DNA of 59,983 nucleotides from the NCBI GenBank assembly GCA_036385755.1, contig DASVJU010000202.1, positions 1 to 59,983 of the forward strand, read 5' to 3'. The stretch is from Thermoanaerobaculia bacterium (GTDB taxonomy: Bacteria; Acidobacteriota; Thermoanaerobaculia; UBA5066). Shown in pieces: positions 44,131 through 55,124 of the stretch. Below the pieces are notes generated by a model. It was not told the origin of the DNA and searched no databases. It saw nothing but the letters and a program-made list of their open reading frames with translations. Numbering within the stretch: the first letter of the stretch is position 1; each line of letters opens with the position of its first letter. The position numbers were made by a program, and so were the translations under genes.

Positions 44131-45765
44131 ATGCGAATCGCTCTCCCTGGCGCGGCCACCTTCGTCGCGTCGGCCCTGATGGCTTCTTCCGCCCGGGCCG
44201 GCCTCGTCGAGCACGATGTGCTGCCTCAGCAGACCGACCCCGCCGTCAGCACGAATCTGGATTTCCACGTCGCGTACGTCGACACGTCGGCCCCCTCGAA
44301 CGGCCGCCTCTTCGTTTTCCTGCCCGGCACACAAGGGCTTCCCCGCTTCTACAAGCTCATCGTGCAGGAAGCCGCGAAGAGCGGATTCCTCGCGATCGGC
44401 CTGACGTATCCGAACGACAAGGCCGAGGGAGTCGTCTGCGCGGGCTCCCCGGACGTCGACTGCGCGGAGAAGTTTCACGTCGAGACCCTCACGGGACTGG
44501 ACGTCAGCACGCTCATCTCGGTCGCACCCGCCGACGCGATCGAGAACAGGCTCCTGAAGGCGCTGCAATTTCTCGCGAACCGGTATCCGTCCGAGGGCTG
44601 GGGGGACTTCGTGGACGGGAACGTCCTCCGGTGGGGAAAGATCCGCGTGGGCGGCCACTCTCAGGGCGGCGGGCACGCGGCGTTCATGGGGAAGGACCTC
44701 GTTCTCGACGGCATCACCTGCCTCTCGAGCCCGGACGACTGGGACACCCGGCTCAACGCGCCTTCGGCCTGGATCGCGAAGCCCCGGGCGACGCCTGCTT
44801 CCCGCATGTGGGGCTTCGGGAACGTGAACGACGATCTGGTGCCGTTCGCGCACGCGACAGCCAACTGGAACCTCTTCGGAATGGGCGCCTTCGGCGCGAC
44901 GTCCTCGGTGGATTCGGGGAGCGCTCCGTGGGGAAACGGATCGCACGAATTGTCGACCGCTCTGAACATAGGCACGTCGTCCCACAACATGCCTGCGGTC
45001 GACGTTGCGACGCCGAAGGCCGCGGACGGGAGCGCCTTTTTCGCACCCGTCTGGCGCCAGATCGCCTTCACCGTCGCGGCCGAAACGACGTGGATCCTGC
45101 CGTCTTCGGCGCACGCAGCCGGAGCGGGAGGCGCGTTCTACACGACGGATCTCCTCGTCGCGAATCCGGACGCGCTCGACACAACGTTCGTTCTGAAGTT
45201 CCTCGGGCACGACAGGGACGGGCGGACCGGAACCGAAAGGGCCTTCACGCTCGGCGCTGGCCGGTCGGTGACGTACACGGACGTCCTCGGGAGCGTCTTC
45301 GGCGCCTCGAACGACTACGGCCCGATTCAGATTCGCTCGACCACCTCGTCCCTTCTCGTCTCGTCAGAGACCTCGACCCCGAGCGCGTCCGGAGGCACGT
45401 TCGGCCAGTCGGTCCCTGCCTTCGCGGCAGCGGATCTGATCGGGATCGTCCCGAGGACCATTCTCGGGGCGCGCGAGGATGCCTCGTTCCGCACGAATCT
45501 CATTCTCGCGAACGCGACGGAGGCGGGCATCGACGTCCTCGTGCGCTGGTACGACGTGAACGGGGCTCTCGCCGCCTCTCGCACCGCGACGCTCGCACCC
45601 CTCGGCATGACACAGATGACGCGCGTCCTGGCGACGCTCGGGGTGTCGCCGGCCGCCGGCGGACGGCTCACGGTCTGTTCGGCGACGGCCGGGGTCTCCT
45701 TCGCGGCGTACGCGTCGGTCATCGACGAGGCGACAAACGACCCGCGCACACTTCTGCCCCGGTGA
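44131..45765 (+). CDS. secreted two-domain protein: N-terminal alpha/beta-hydrolase-like (GHSQGG) plus an unknown C-terminal beta-rich domain
   Basis: 544 aa. Signal peptide MRIALPGAATFVASALMASSARA. Nucleophile-elbow-like RVGGHSQGGGHAAFMG. The C-terminal ~240 aa match no family I recognise. Confidence 0.65.
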   Translation: MRIALPGAATFVASALMASSARAGLVEHDVLPQQTDPAVSTNLDFHVAYVDTSAPSNGRLFVFLPGTQGLPRFYKLIVQEAAKSGFLAIGLTYPNDKAEGVVCAGSPDVDCAEKFHVETLTGLDVSTLISVAPADAIENRLLKALQFLANRYPSEGWGDFVDGNVLRWGKIRVGGHSQGGGHAAFMGKDLVLDGITCLSSPDDWDTRLNAPSAWIAKPRATPASRMWGFGNVNDDLVPFAHATANWNLFGMGAFGATSSVDSGSAPWGNGSHELSTALNIGTSSHNMPAVDVATPKAADGSAFFAPVWRQIAFTVAAETTWILPSSAHAAGAGGAFYTTDLLVANPDALDTTFVLKFLGHDRDGRTGTERAFTLGAGRSVTYTDVLGSVFGASNDYGPIQIRSTTSSLLVSSETSTPSASGGTFGQSVPAFAAADLIGIVPRTILGAREDASFRTNLILANATEAGIDVLVRWYDVNGALAASRTATLAPLGMTQMTRVLATLGVSPAAGGRLTVCSATAGVSFAAYASVIDEATNDPRTLLPR

Positions 45766-45810
45766 TGGGAAGATGCCTCGAGGCTCCCGGCCTTTGCTAA
45801 TCTGACCCTC

Positions 45811-47034
45811 ATGAGCGTCATTCGAACCTCCGCCCGGGTCTCCGCGCGCGGACTCGCCATGCCGGCCTCCCCTATCCGCAAGCTCATGCCTCTCGCGGAC
45901 GAGGCGAAGAAGCGCGGCGTGAAGGTCTATCACCTCAACATCGGCCAGCCCGACCTCGAGACGCCGGAACCCATGCGCCGTCGACTGGCGACGCTGAAGG
46001 ACAAGACCTACGCGTACTCGCCCTCGAACGGGACGCCGGAATACCTCGATTTTCTCCACGCGTACTACGCGAAGCTCGGCCTCGCGCTGAAAAGGGGCGA
46101 GATCCTCGCGACGACGGGCGGAAGCGAGGCGCTCCTGTTCGCTTTCATGGCCTGCGCCGATGCGGGGTCAGAGATCCTGACGGTGGAGCCGCTCTACACG
46201 AACTACCGCTCTTTCGCGGCGATGGCGGGGCTCAGCCTTCGCCCGATCGTGACGCGCGGCGAGGACGGTTTCCACCTTCCGGCGCGCACGGAATGGGAAA
46301 AGGCGCTGACGCCGAAGACGCGGCTCGTCCTCCTCTGCAACCCGAACAATCCGACCGGAACCGTCTACTCGAAGGACGAGATCGTGCGCGCGGCGGAGTT
46401 CTGCCGCGACCACGGCCTCTTCTTCGTGTCCGACGAGGTCTACCGGGAGTTTCTCTACGACGGCCGGGAATCCGTCAGCGCGCTCTCGCTCGCGGGATTC
46501 GAGGAGCAGGTCGTCGTGGTGGATTCCCTCTCCAAGCGGTTCTCGGCCTGCGGCATCCGGCTCGGCGCGCTCGTCACGCGCAATGCCGACGTCGCGGGGG
46601 CGTGCAACCGCATGGCCCAGGGCCGCCTCTCGCCGCCGGGACTGGCCCAGCACATCGCGCCCGGAGCGCTCGAGCTGGGGCCCGAGTACTACCAGGGCAT
46701 CATCCGCGAGTATCAGAAGAGGCGCGACACGCTCTACGACGGGCTCTCGAAGATCCCCGGCGTCTTCCTCCGCAAGCCCGAAGGGGCCTTTTACTTCGTG
46801 GCGCGCGTGCCCGTTCAGGACAGCGACGATTTCGCGGCGTGGCTCCTTTCGGACTTCGCTCTCGACGGGAAGACCGTCATGGTCGCCCCCGCGAGCGGTT
46901 TCTACGTCACCCAGGGCCTGGGGCTCGACGAGATCCGCATCGCGTACGTCCTGAAAGAGGACGACCTGAACGCGGCCGTCGAAATTCTCGCGCAGGCGAT
47001 TCCGGCGTACCGAAAAGCAAGAGGCCTCGACTGA
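45811..47034 (+). CDS. pyridoxal-phosphate-dependent aminotransferase, class I (aspartate/aromatic type)
   Basis: 407 aa. NPNNPTG, DEVYREF, and PLP-Lys motif SLSKRFSACGIRLG. Confidence 0.9.
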   Translation: MSVIRTSARVSARGLAMPASPIRKLMPLADEAKKRGVKVYHLNIGQPDLETPEPMRRRLATLKDKTYAYSPSNGTPEYLDFLHAYYAKLGLALKRGEILATTGGSEALLFAFMACADAGSEILTVEPLYTNYRSFAAMAGLSLRPIVTRGEDGFHLPARTEWEKALTPKTRLVLLCNPNNPTGTVYSKDEIVRAAEFCRDHGLFFVSDEVYREFLYDGRESVSALSLAGFEEQVVVVDSLSKRFSACGIRLGALVTRNADVAGACNRMAQGRLSPPGLAQHIAPGALELGPEYYQGIIREYQKRRDTLYDGLSKIPGVFLRKPEGAFYFVARVPVQDSDDFAAWLLSDFALDGKTVMVAPASGFYVTQGLGLDEIRIAYVLKEDDLNAAVEILAQAIPAYRKARGLD

Positions 47035-47090
47035 TCGAGGCCTCCGCTCCCAATACCTTCTAAGAAAAACCTACTTCTTCTTTTTCTTCG
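47007..47090. repeat. inverted-pair element at the convergent aminotransferase/ALDH junction, enclosing the terminator hairpin
   Basis: Plus arm GTACCGAAAAGCAAGAGG (47007-47024). Minus arm 47045-47090 (reverse complement CGAAGAAAAAGAAGAAGTAGGTTTTTCTTAGAAGGTATTGGGAGCG). Both stop codons lie inside the element. Confidence 0.6.
47021..47044. terminator. perfect 10-bp GC-rich hairpin between convergent genes (candidate bidirectional terminator)
   Basis: GAGGCCTCGA (47021-47030), loop CTGA, TCGAGGCCTC (47035-47044). The aminotransferase TGA lies in the loop. The hairpin is flanked by the two arms of a repeat element. No clean U-tract. Confidence 0.5.
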
Positions 47091-48609
47091 CGGACGCCTC
47101 GCCCGCGGGCACGTCGATCTGCGCCTTCTGGATCGTCCCGGAGTAGTCGACGTAGATCGACTTCCACTCGCTGAAGACGTCGAGAGCGGCCAGTCCCGCC
47201 TCGCGGTGGCCGTTCCCCGTCTTCTTCGTGCCGCCGAACGGCAGGTGCGTCTCGGCGCCGATCGTCGGGAGATTCACGTAGAAGATTCCGGCTTCGAGGT
47301 CGCGCATCGCCACGAAGGCCTTGTTCACGTCCTGAGTGAAAATCGCCGACGACAGGCCGTATTCGCTGTCGTTCGCGACGTCGATCGCCTCTTCGAGGGA
47401 CGAGACCGGGAGGATGGACGTGACGGGGCCGAAGATCTCCTCGCGCGCCACCCGCATCCCGCGGTGGCAGTCGGCGAAGACGGTCGGGGCCACGAACCAG
47501 CCCTTCTCGTGGGCCTTGCCCGCGAGCCGCCGGCCGCCGGCGACGCACTTCGCGCCTTCGGCCTTGCCGATCGAAATGTAGTCGAGAACCGTGTCGAGCT
47601 GGCTCTCGTTGATGGAGGGGCCCATCTCGTTCTTTTCGTCGAGTCCGCTGCCGACCCGAAGGGCGTTCGCGCGCTCGGCGAGCATCGCGGTGAACTTCCG
47701 CGCGACCTTCTTGTGCACGAGGAGCCGGGAGGACGCGGTGCAACGCTGTCCGCTCGTCCCGAAGGCGCCCCAGATCGACCCGTCGACGGCCAGCTCCAGG
47801 TTTGCGTCGTCCATCACGATGATCGGGTTCTTGCCGCCCATCTCGAGGTGGACGTGCTTGAAGGAAGGGGCGCACGCCTCGTTGATCGTCTGCCCGACCG
47901 ACGTCGAGCCGGTGAACGACACGACCTTGACGCGCGGGTCCTTGAGAAGCGGCATCCCCACCTTCGAGCCGCTGCCGGAGACCACGTTGAAGACGCCGGG
48001 GGGAAGGCCTGCATCCTCGAGCGCGCGCGCGAAATTCACGACCGAGAGAGGCGTGTCCGTGGCGGGTTTGATGACGACGGTGTTGCCGCAGACGAGGGCC
48101 GCGGTCGTCTTCCAGGCGGGAATCGCCATCGGGAAGTTCCACGGCGTGATGAACGCGCAGACCCCGATCGGCGACCGCACGGACATCGCGAACTTGTTCG
48201 GCAGCTCCGACGGCGTCGTCTGCCCGTGCAGGCGGCGGCCCTCGCCGCCCATCAGGAACGCCATGTCGATGGCTTCCTGGACGTCTCCGCGGGCCTCTTT
48301 GAGGACCTTCCCCATCTCGCGCGTCATGTCGCGGGCGTACTGCTCCTTGCGGTCGCGCAGGATCTCGCCGAGGCGGTACAGGATCTCGCCGCGCTGCGGG
48401 CCCGGCACGAGCCGCCATGATCTGTAGGCTTCGGCCGCGACGTCGACGGCGTCCTTCGCGTCGCGCTCGTCCGAGTCGGCGAACCGGCCGATCAGGTCGG
48501 TGACGTCCGCCGGGTTGCGGTTCTCGAACGTCCGGCCCGAGCGGGCCGGCGTCCATTTTCCAGCGATCCAGTTTCCGTGAACGGGTGCGGACGAGGCCGA
48601 CGAAACCAT
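47071..48609 (-). CDS. aldehyde dehydrogenase family protein
   Basis: 512 aa. [27 protein letters not shown], catalytic-Cys segment [21 protein letters not shown]. The C-terminal AKKKKK and the TAG stop are encoded by a repeat arm. Confidence 0.9.
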   Translation of the reverse strand: MVSSASSAPVHGNWIAGKWTPARSGRTFENRNPADVTDLIGRFADSDERDAKDAVDVAAEAYRSWRLVPGPQRGEILYRLGEILRDRKEQYARDMTREMGKVLKEARGDVQEAIDMAFLMGGEGRRLHGQTTPSELPNKFAMSVRSPIGVCAFITPWNFPMAIPAWKTTAALVCGNTVVIKPATDTPLSVVNFARALEDAGLPPGVFNVVSGSGSKVGMPLLKDPRVKVVSFTGSTSVGQTINEACAPSFKHVHLEMGGKNPIIVMDDANLELAVDGSIWGAFGTSGQRCTASSRLLVHKKVARKFTAMLAERANALRVGSGLDEKNEMGPSINESQLDTVLDYISIGKAEGAKCVAGGRRLAGKAHEKGWFVAPTVFADCHRGMRVAREEIFGPVTSILPVSSLEEAIDVANDSEYGLSSAIFTQDVNKAFVAMRDLEAGIFYVNLPTIGAETHLPFGGTKKTGNGHREAGLAALDVFSEWKSIYVDYSGTIQKAQIDVPAGEASAKKKKK

Positions 48610-48634
48610 GTGATGCGTTCCTTTCGCTTGCGGG

Positions 48635-49033
48635 TCAGCGCGACGGCGACGGGGTTTCGGCCCCGCTGCTCATGTCGATGCGCCCCGTGAATCGTGCCCC
48701 CTCGCCGATGACGATGCGGGGAGCGTGAATGTCGCCTTCGAGAATTCCGGTTGGAAGGAGCTCGACGCGTTCGGCGGCGCGCACGTTCCCGACGACGCGT
48801 CCCGCGATGGCGACGGTCGCGGCGGCCACCTCGGCCAGGACGACGCCGCCGAGAGCGACCCGAAATGCCTTCGAGACCTCGACGCGGCCCTCCACGCGGC
48901 CCTCAACGAGAATGTCCTCGTCTCCCAGAAGCTCACCCTGGATGCGCGTCCTCGAACCGATGAAGGAGGACCTGGGAGCGGGCTCTCCGAAGCCGTCGGG
49001 CGCCGGACCGCCCCTCTTTCCGAAGATCGCCAT
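48635..49033 (-). CDS. bactofilin family cytoskeletal protein
   Basis: Trimmed to ATG 49033 (MAIFGKRGG...). Beta-helical repeats of the G.V.G.V type ([13 protein letters not shown]..., [11 protein letters not shown]..., [20 protein letters not shown]). 132 aa. Confidence 0.85.
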   Translation of the reverse strand: MAIFGKRGGPAPDGFGEPAPRSSFIGSRTRIQGELLGDEDILVEGRVEGRVEVSKAFRVALGGVVLAEVAAATVAIAGRVVGNVRAAERVELLPTGILEGDIHAPRIVIGEGARFTGRIDMSSGAETPSPSR

Positions 49034-49142
49034 CGCGCGCCCGGAGTCTAACCGGCGGGAGGCGAAGCCGCCACCGGCCGGAAAAGAGAAGGGCCGGGCG
49101 GGAGTTCCCGCCCGGCCCATGGGTCACGAGGGAACGAGGCCG

Positions 49143-50765
49143 TCAGACCTCTTCGTGGATCTTGACGTCCTTCGTCTCGCGGAGGAACAGGCCGCCGATG
49201 ACGACCGTGATGACCGAGACGATGATCGGGTACCAGAGCCCCTGGTAGATGTTGCCCGACGCGGCGACCCAGGCCGTCGCGATGAGCGGGAGCATGCCGC
49301 CGAACCAGCCGTTCCCGATGTGATACGGCAGCGACATCGACGTGTATCGGATGTTCGCCGGGAACAACTCGACGAGGAACGCCGCGATCGGCCCGTACAC
49401 CATGGTCACGTAGATGACCATGATGAAGAGGATCAGGAGCACCATCCCGAAGTTCATCTCGTCCTTCTTGAACGCCGGGCTCGGATAACCCGTCGTCTTC
49501 AGGGCCTCCTTGAGCTTCGCTTCGTCGTAGCCCTTGATCTCGACGCTGCCGATCTTCACGACGACGTCGTCGCTCTGGGCCGGGAGTTTCGTGAACGAGA
49601 GGCCCTGCTTCGCGATGAAGTCCTGCGCCTTGTCGCAGGCCGAGAACTTCGTGAACGGCGTCACGAAGATGTGCATCTTGCAGTTCGTCCCCGCGATAAA
49701 GACCTTGCCCGAGTCCGAGTCCTGGTACTTCTCGAGGGACGGGTTCCCGTAGTGCGTGAGGCCCTTGAAGAGCGGAATGTACGTGACCGCCGCGATCAGG
49801 CAACCCGCGAGGATGATCTTCAGGCGGCCGATCTTGTCCGAGAGCGCGCCGAACACGATGAAGAATCCCGTCCCGAGGAGCAGAGACAGCGCGATGAGGG
49901 TATAGGCGGTCTGCCAGTCCATCTTGAGCGTGATCGTGAGGAAGAAGAGCGCGTAGAACTGGCCCGTGTACCAGACGACGCCCTGGCCCGCGGTGGCGCC
50001 AAAAAGGGCGAGAGCCGCGTACTTGTTGTTCGGGTACTTGAAGAAGCTGTCCTTGATGGGCGACTTCGAGCGCTTCCCCTGCGCCTTGAGGCGCTGGAAA
50101 ATCGGCGATTCCTGCAGCTTGAGCCGGATGTAGATGGAAATCGCGAGGAGCACCAGCGAGAGGATGAACGGGATGCGCCATCCCCAGTTGGCGAAGTCCG
50201 CCGGCGAGATCCACGCCCGGCAGGCGTAAATGATGAGAAGGGCCATGAAGAACCCGACGGTCGCCGTCGTCTGGATCCAGCTCGTCGCGTAGCCGCGGCG
50301 GTGGTCGGGGGCGTGCTCGGCGACGTACGTCGCGGCGCCGCCGTACTCGCCGCCGAGGGCGAGGCCCTGCAGGAGGCGGAGGGTCACGAGCATCGCGGGC
50401 GCGAACCAGCCGACGGACTTGAACGTCGGGAGGAAGCCGACGGCCGCCGTCGCACCACCCATGACGGCAATCGTCACGAGGAACGTGTATTTCCTGCCGA
50501 CGAGGTCGCCGATCCGGCCGAAGATCAGGGCGCCGAACGGACGGACGAGGAAGCCGGCGGCGTAGGTGACGAACGCCGACAGGAGGGCCGCCGTCGCATT
50601 ACCCGAAGGGAAGAAGAGGGTCGCGAAGAACGGAGCCAGGGTGGCGTAGAGGTAGAAGTCGTACCACTCGAAGACCGTGCCGACCGACGACGCGACGATG
50701 ACGCGTCTTTCCTCAGCCCGTGAGATGGTCCGTTCGCCGGTTTCCGCGGGTGCCGCAGTACTCAT
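49143..50765 (-). CDS. MFS transporter (metabolite:H+ symporter-like) with a ~100-aa inserted soluble domain
   Basis: Trimmed to ATG 50765 (MSTAAPAETGE...). MHS-type motifs GTVFEWYDFYLY and GRIGDLVGRK. An insert (SLEKYQDSDSGKVF...KTTGYPSPAF) precedes the last two TMs. 540 aa. Confidence 0.85.
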   Translation of the reverse strand: MSTAAPAETGERTISRAEERRVIVASSVGTVFEWYDFYLYATLAPFFATLFFPSGNATAALLSAFVTYAAGFLVRPFGALIFGRIGDLVGRKYTFLVTIAVMGGATAAVGFLPTFKSVGWFAPAMLVTLRLLQGLALGGEYGGAATYVAEHAPDHRRGYATSWIQTTATVGFFMALLIIYACRAWISPADFANWGWRIPFILSLVLLAISIYIRLKLQESPIFQRLKAQGKRSKSPIKDSFFKYPNNKYAALALFGATAGQGVVWYTGQFYALFFLTITLKMDWQTAYTLIALSLLLGTGFFIVFGALSDKIGRLKIILAGCLIAAVTYIPLFKGLTHYGNPSLEKYQDSDSGKVFIAGTNCKMHIFVTPFTKFSACDKAQDFIAKQGLSFTKLPAQSDDVVVKIGSVEIKGYDEAKLKEALKTTGYPSPAFKKDEMNFGMVLLILFIMVIYVTMVYGPIAAFLVELFPANIRYTSMSLPYHIGNGWFGGMLPLIATAWVAASGNIYQGLWYPIIVSVITVVIGGLFLRETKDVKIHEEV

Positions 50766-51012
50766 CGATTCCCTCCATGCTGTGGCCTTTCGGCCGTTTG
50801 AGTTCGAAGGACACCCCGTATTGTGTGACGGACGGCACCGGCCTTCGGCGAGGCTGAGGCGCCGCGGCACCCTCGTGCGGAGCGGACTCCGAAACCTGAT
50901 TTCGGTCGAAGCAGAACTTGGTGAAAGTCTTTCAGACTCTGGCCCCAAGTCAAGCGAAAAACCCGGCGCCGGTGTTAACGCAAGTGCATCAGCGGCCGGA
51001 AGCAGATTCCTG

Positions 51013-51040
51013 TTGACGGGGAATCCTCCTCATGTATCGT
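51013..51040 (+). promoter_or_regulatory. candidate sigma70-like promoter upstream of the porin gene
   Basis: TTGACG (51013-51018), 16 nt spacer, TATCGT (51035-51040), about 60 nt upstream of GTG 51102. Lies in a 336-nt divergent intergenic region. Confidence 0.3.
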
Positions 51041-51101
51041 TTTGACATAAATGCGCTCCGGTCGTGCCGCTCATTGGCGTGCTGACGTGAAGGAGGAAGG
51101 T

Positions 51102-52265
51102 GTGCGTTCAAGGATCAGACTGAATCGCTTCGTTCTCGTTTCCCTTGCCCTGCTCATCGCGATTTCGCCGGGAATCGCGAGTGCCCAGGCCATCATCAAG
51201 GTGAACGACACCGTCAACTTCCGGCTCGGCATCCTGCTGCAGGGCTGGGCGGACTGGAACGGCCAGTCGGACGCCGCAGGGAAAACGGCCGGGTTCCAGC
51301 AGAACCTGTTCCTGCGCCGAGCCCGCTTTTTTGTCGGGGGTCAGGTCGCGAAGGACGTCTCGTTCTTCTTCATGACCGACAACCCGAACCTCGGCAAGTC
51401 GACCCAGACCCTGACGAGCGGGACGACGGGCGTCAAGGCCCCGGGGACCGGCTTCATCATCCAGGACGCCTATCTCGAGTGGAAGATCGCGAACGAGTTC
51501 CAGATCCAGAGCGGCCTCATCCTCGTGCCGCTCTGCCGTAACTGCAACTCGAGCGCGGCGAGCCTCCTCACGATCGACTACGGCACGTGGCAGTTTCAGG
51601 AGAGCGCCTCGACGCAGTCGTCGGTCGGCCGCGACACGGGCTTCCAGGCCAAGGGGTACCTCGGGGGCGACCACCTCGAGTACCGCGCGGGCGTCTATTC
51701 CGGCTTCCGCGCTCCCGGCGTGAAGAACTCGTTCCGGTTCACGGGGCGCGTGCAGTACGACGTGTTCGACGTCGAGAAGGTCCAGTTCTACCCGGGCACG
51801 TACTTCGGCAAGAAGAAGATCCTCTCGATCGGCGGCAGCTACGACACCCAGAGCGACTATTCGGCCTACGCGGGCGACGTCTTCTTCGACTGGCCGGTCG
51901 GCAAGACCGACGGCATCACGGCGCAAGTGGATTACATCCACTACGACGGCGGCCTCACGTTCCCGACGGCGGCCCTCTTCAAGCAGAGCGACGTCTACGC
52001 GGAGGCGGGCTACTACCTCGGCGGCGTCAAGGTCCAGCCGTTCCTGAGGTACGAACAGCAGCGCTATTCCCAGGGCACGACCGGCTGCCCGGCCGCCGGC
52101 TGCAACTCTCTGGACAAGACCTTTTATCAGGTCGGTCTCGGCTGGTACCCGTATGGCTCGAACTTCAACATCAAGGCGGCGTACTGGCGGAAGGAACTTC
52201 CGAACGACCCGAAGACGGCGACGACGAACCAGTACACCGTTCAGTTCCAGGTTTTCTACTACTGA
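51102..52265 (+). CDS. outer-membrane beta-barrel porin (OprO/P-like)
   Basis: Trimmed to GTG 51102 after GAAGGAGGAAGG. Signal peptide ...ISPGIASAQA, alternating beta-strand pattern, terminal aromatic residues ...FQVFYY. 387 aa. Confidence 0.7.
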   Translation: MRSRIRLNRFVLVSLALLIAISPGIASAQAIIKVNDTVNFRLGILLQGWADWNGQSDAAGKTAGFQQNLFLRRARFFVGGQVAKDVSFFFMTDNPNLGKSTQTLTSGTTGVKAPGTGFIIQDAYLEWKIANEFQIQSGLILVPLCRNCNSSAASLLTIDYGTWQFQESASTQSSVGRDTGFQAKGYLGGDHLEYRAGVYSGFRAPGVKNSFRFTGRVQYDVFDVEKVQFYPGTYFGKKKILSIGGSYDTQSDYSAYAGDVFFDWPVGKTDGITAQVDYIHYDGGLTFPTAALFKQSDVYAEAGYYLGGVKVQPFLRYEQQRYSQGTTGCPAAGCNSLDKTFYQVGLGWYPYGSNFNIKAAYWRKELPNDPKTATTNQYTVQFQVFYY

Positions 52266-52283
52266 CACATCTCCGCGTGGCTC

Positions 52284-52306
52284 CGCGGGGCGCTCGGCGC
52301 CCCGCG
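52284..52306 (+). terminator. GC-rich hairpin after the porin gene
   Basis: CGCGGGGCGC (52284-52293), loop TCG, GCGCCCCGCG (52297-52306). Lies 19 nt after the porin TGA. No U-tract follows. Confidence 0.4.
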
Positions 52307-52351
52307 TGAGCCCGGAGTGCCTTCAATTCCCAGCGCGAACCCCGAAGGAGC

Positions 52352-54364
<2,013 letters not shown>

Positions 54365-54386
54365 ACGGAACGACGAGCGGCCCGGG

Positions 54387-54405
54387 GCCGGCCTCTCAGG
54401 CCGGC
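54387..54405. terminator. short GC hairpin between convergent acs and the DUF4388-like gene
   Basis: GCCGGCC (54387-54393), loop TCTCA, GGCCGGC (54399-54405). It overlaps the minus-strand stop codon at 54396-54398. Confidence 0.35.
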
Positions 54406-55064
54406 TTCAGGCTTCCGTCCTCGACCCACCGCGCGAGCAGCCTCCGGACCCGGAACGAGTCGGCGACGACCGCCACTTCGATCGCGCGCGCGGCCAGCCC
54501 TGACACCGCTTTCGCCCAGACTCCCTGCTGAAACGAGGCGTCCGGTTCTTCCGGCTCCGGAGTGGGCTTCGATTTCGTCTGTTTGAGAACGGTCTCGTCG
54601 GGAACGAGCGCGCAGAACCGCTGGAATTCGTCGTAGCGGCGCATGCCTTCGAGCAGGACCGAAACCACCTCGCGGGCCGGCGGGTCGCCTTCGGCGCCGG
54701 CCGGCAGGTTCGGCTGCTTCATGAACGCGAACGTTCCTCCGCCGGGGCGCTCGAAGAGCTGGTAGACCGCCTCGTCCCCGCGAAGGGCGCCGCTCTCCGC
54801 GGATCGAATCCGACCGGATTCGATCAGAAGGCGAGCCGTGACGGCGCCGGGAGCGTTCCGGAGGGTCAGCGTCCCCGTGACCTCCGAGGCCGCGAGGCTC
54901 TGCAGGAGGGACGGCAGCTCGAATGTGTCGAGGTCGCCCGAAAGGCTCGCGGCCGCGCCCGCATCCGCCTTGGGCGCGTCGAACCCTGCGAGCGTCCGCA
55001 CCGCGGCCTTCGCATAGTCGGTTCCGGGATGGCGCTCGACGACCTCTTCGAGGGCCTTCCGCAC
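54396..55064 (-). CDS. DUF4388 (PATAN)-like domain protein; possibly the C-terminal part of the upstream ORF
   Basis: 222 aa from GTG 55064. GDLDTFELPSLLQSLAASEVTGTLTL matches the DUF4388 signature. It is in the same frame as 55125..57032, separated by one TAG plus 20 sense codons. Confidence 0.6.
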   Translation of the reverse strand: MRKALEEVVERHPGTDYAKAAVRTLAGFDAPKADAGAAASLSGDLDTFELPSLLQSLAASEVTGTLTLRNAPGAVTARLLIESGRIRSAESGALRGDEAVYQLFERPGGGTFAFMKQPNLPAGAEGDPPAREVVSVLLEGMRRYDEFQRFCALVPDETVLKQTKSKPTPEPEEPDASFQQGVWAKAVSGLAARAIEVAVVADSFRVRRLLARWVEDGSLKPA

Positions 55065-55124
55065 CTGGGGCAGCGGCGTCGAGGAGAGTGCCTCGATGAT
55101 CGGCCCGATCTTGTCGTCCCGCTT

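Noticed and set aside
45780-45789. The 10-nt palindrome GCCTCGAGGC after the secreted-protein gene, considered as a terminator.
   Set aside because: It is a loop-less palindrome containing an XhoI-like site, cannot form a stable hairpin, and has no flanking U-tract.
50766-51101. A riboswitch or sRNA in the 336-nt divergent region between the MFS gene and the porin gene.
   Set aside because: Only small hairpins (for example GGCCGAAAGGCC) and promoter-like hexamers are visible, and I recognise no conserved riboswitch core. It cannot be supported without covariance-model searches.
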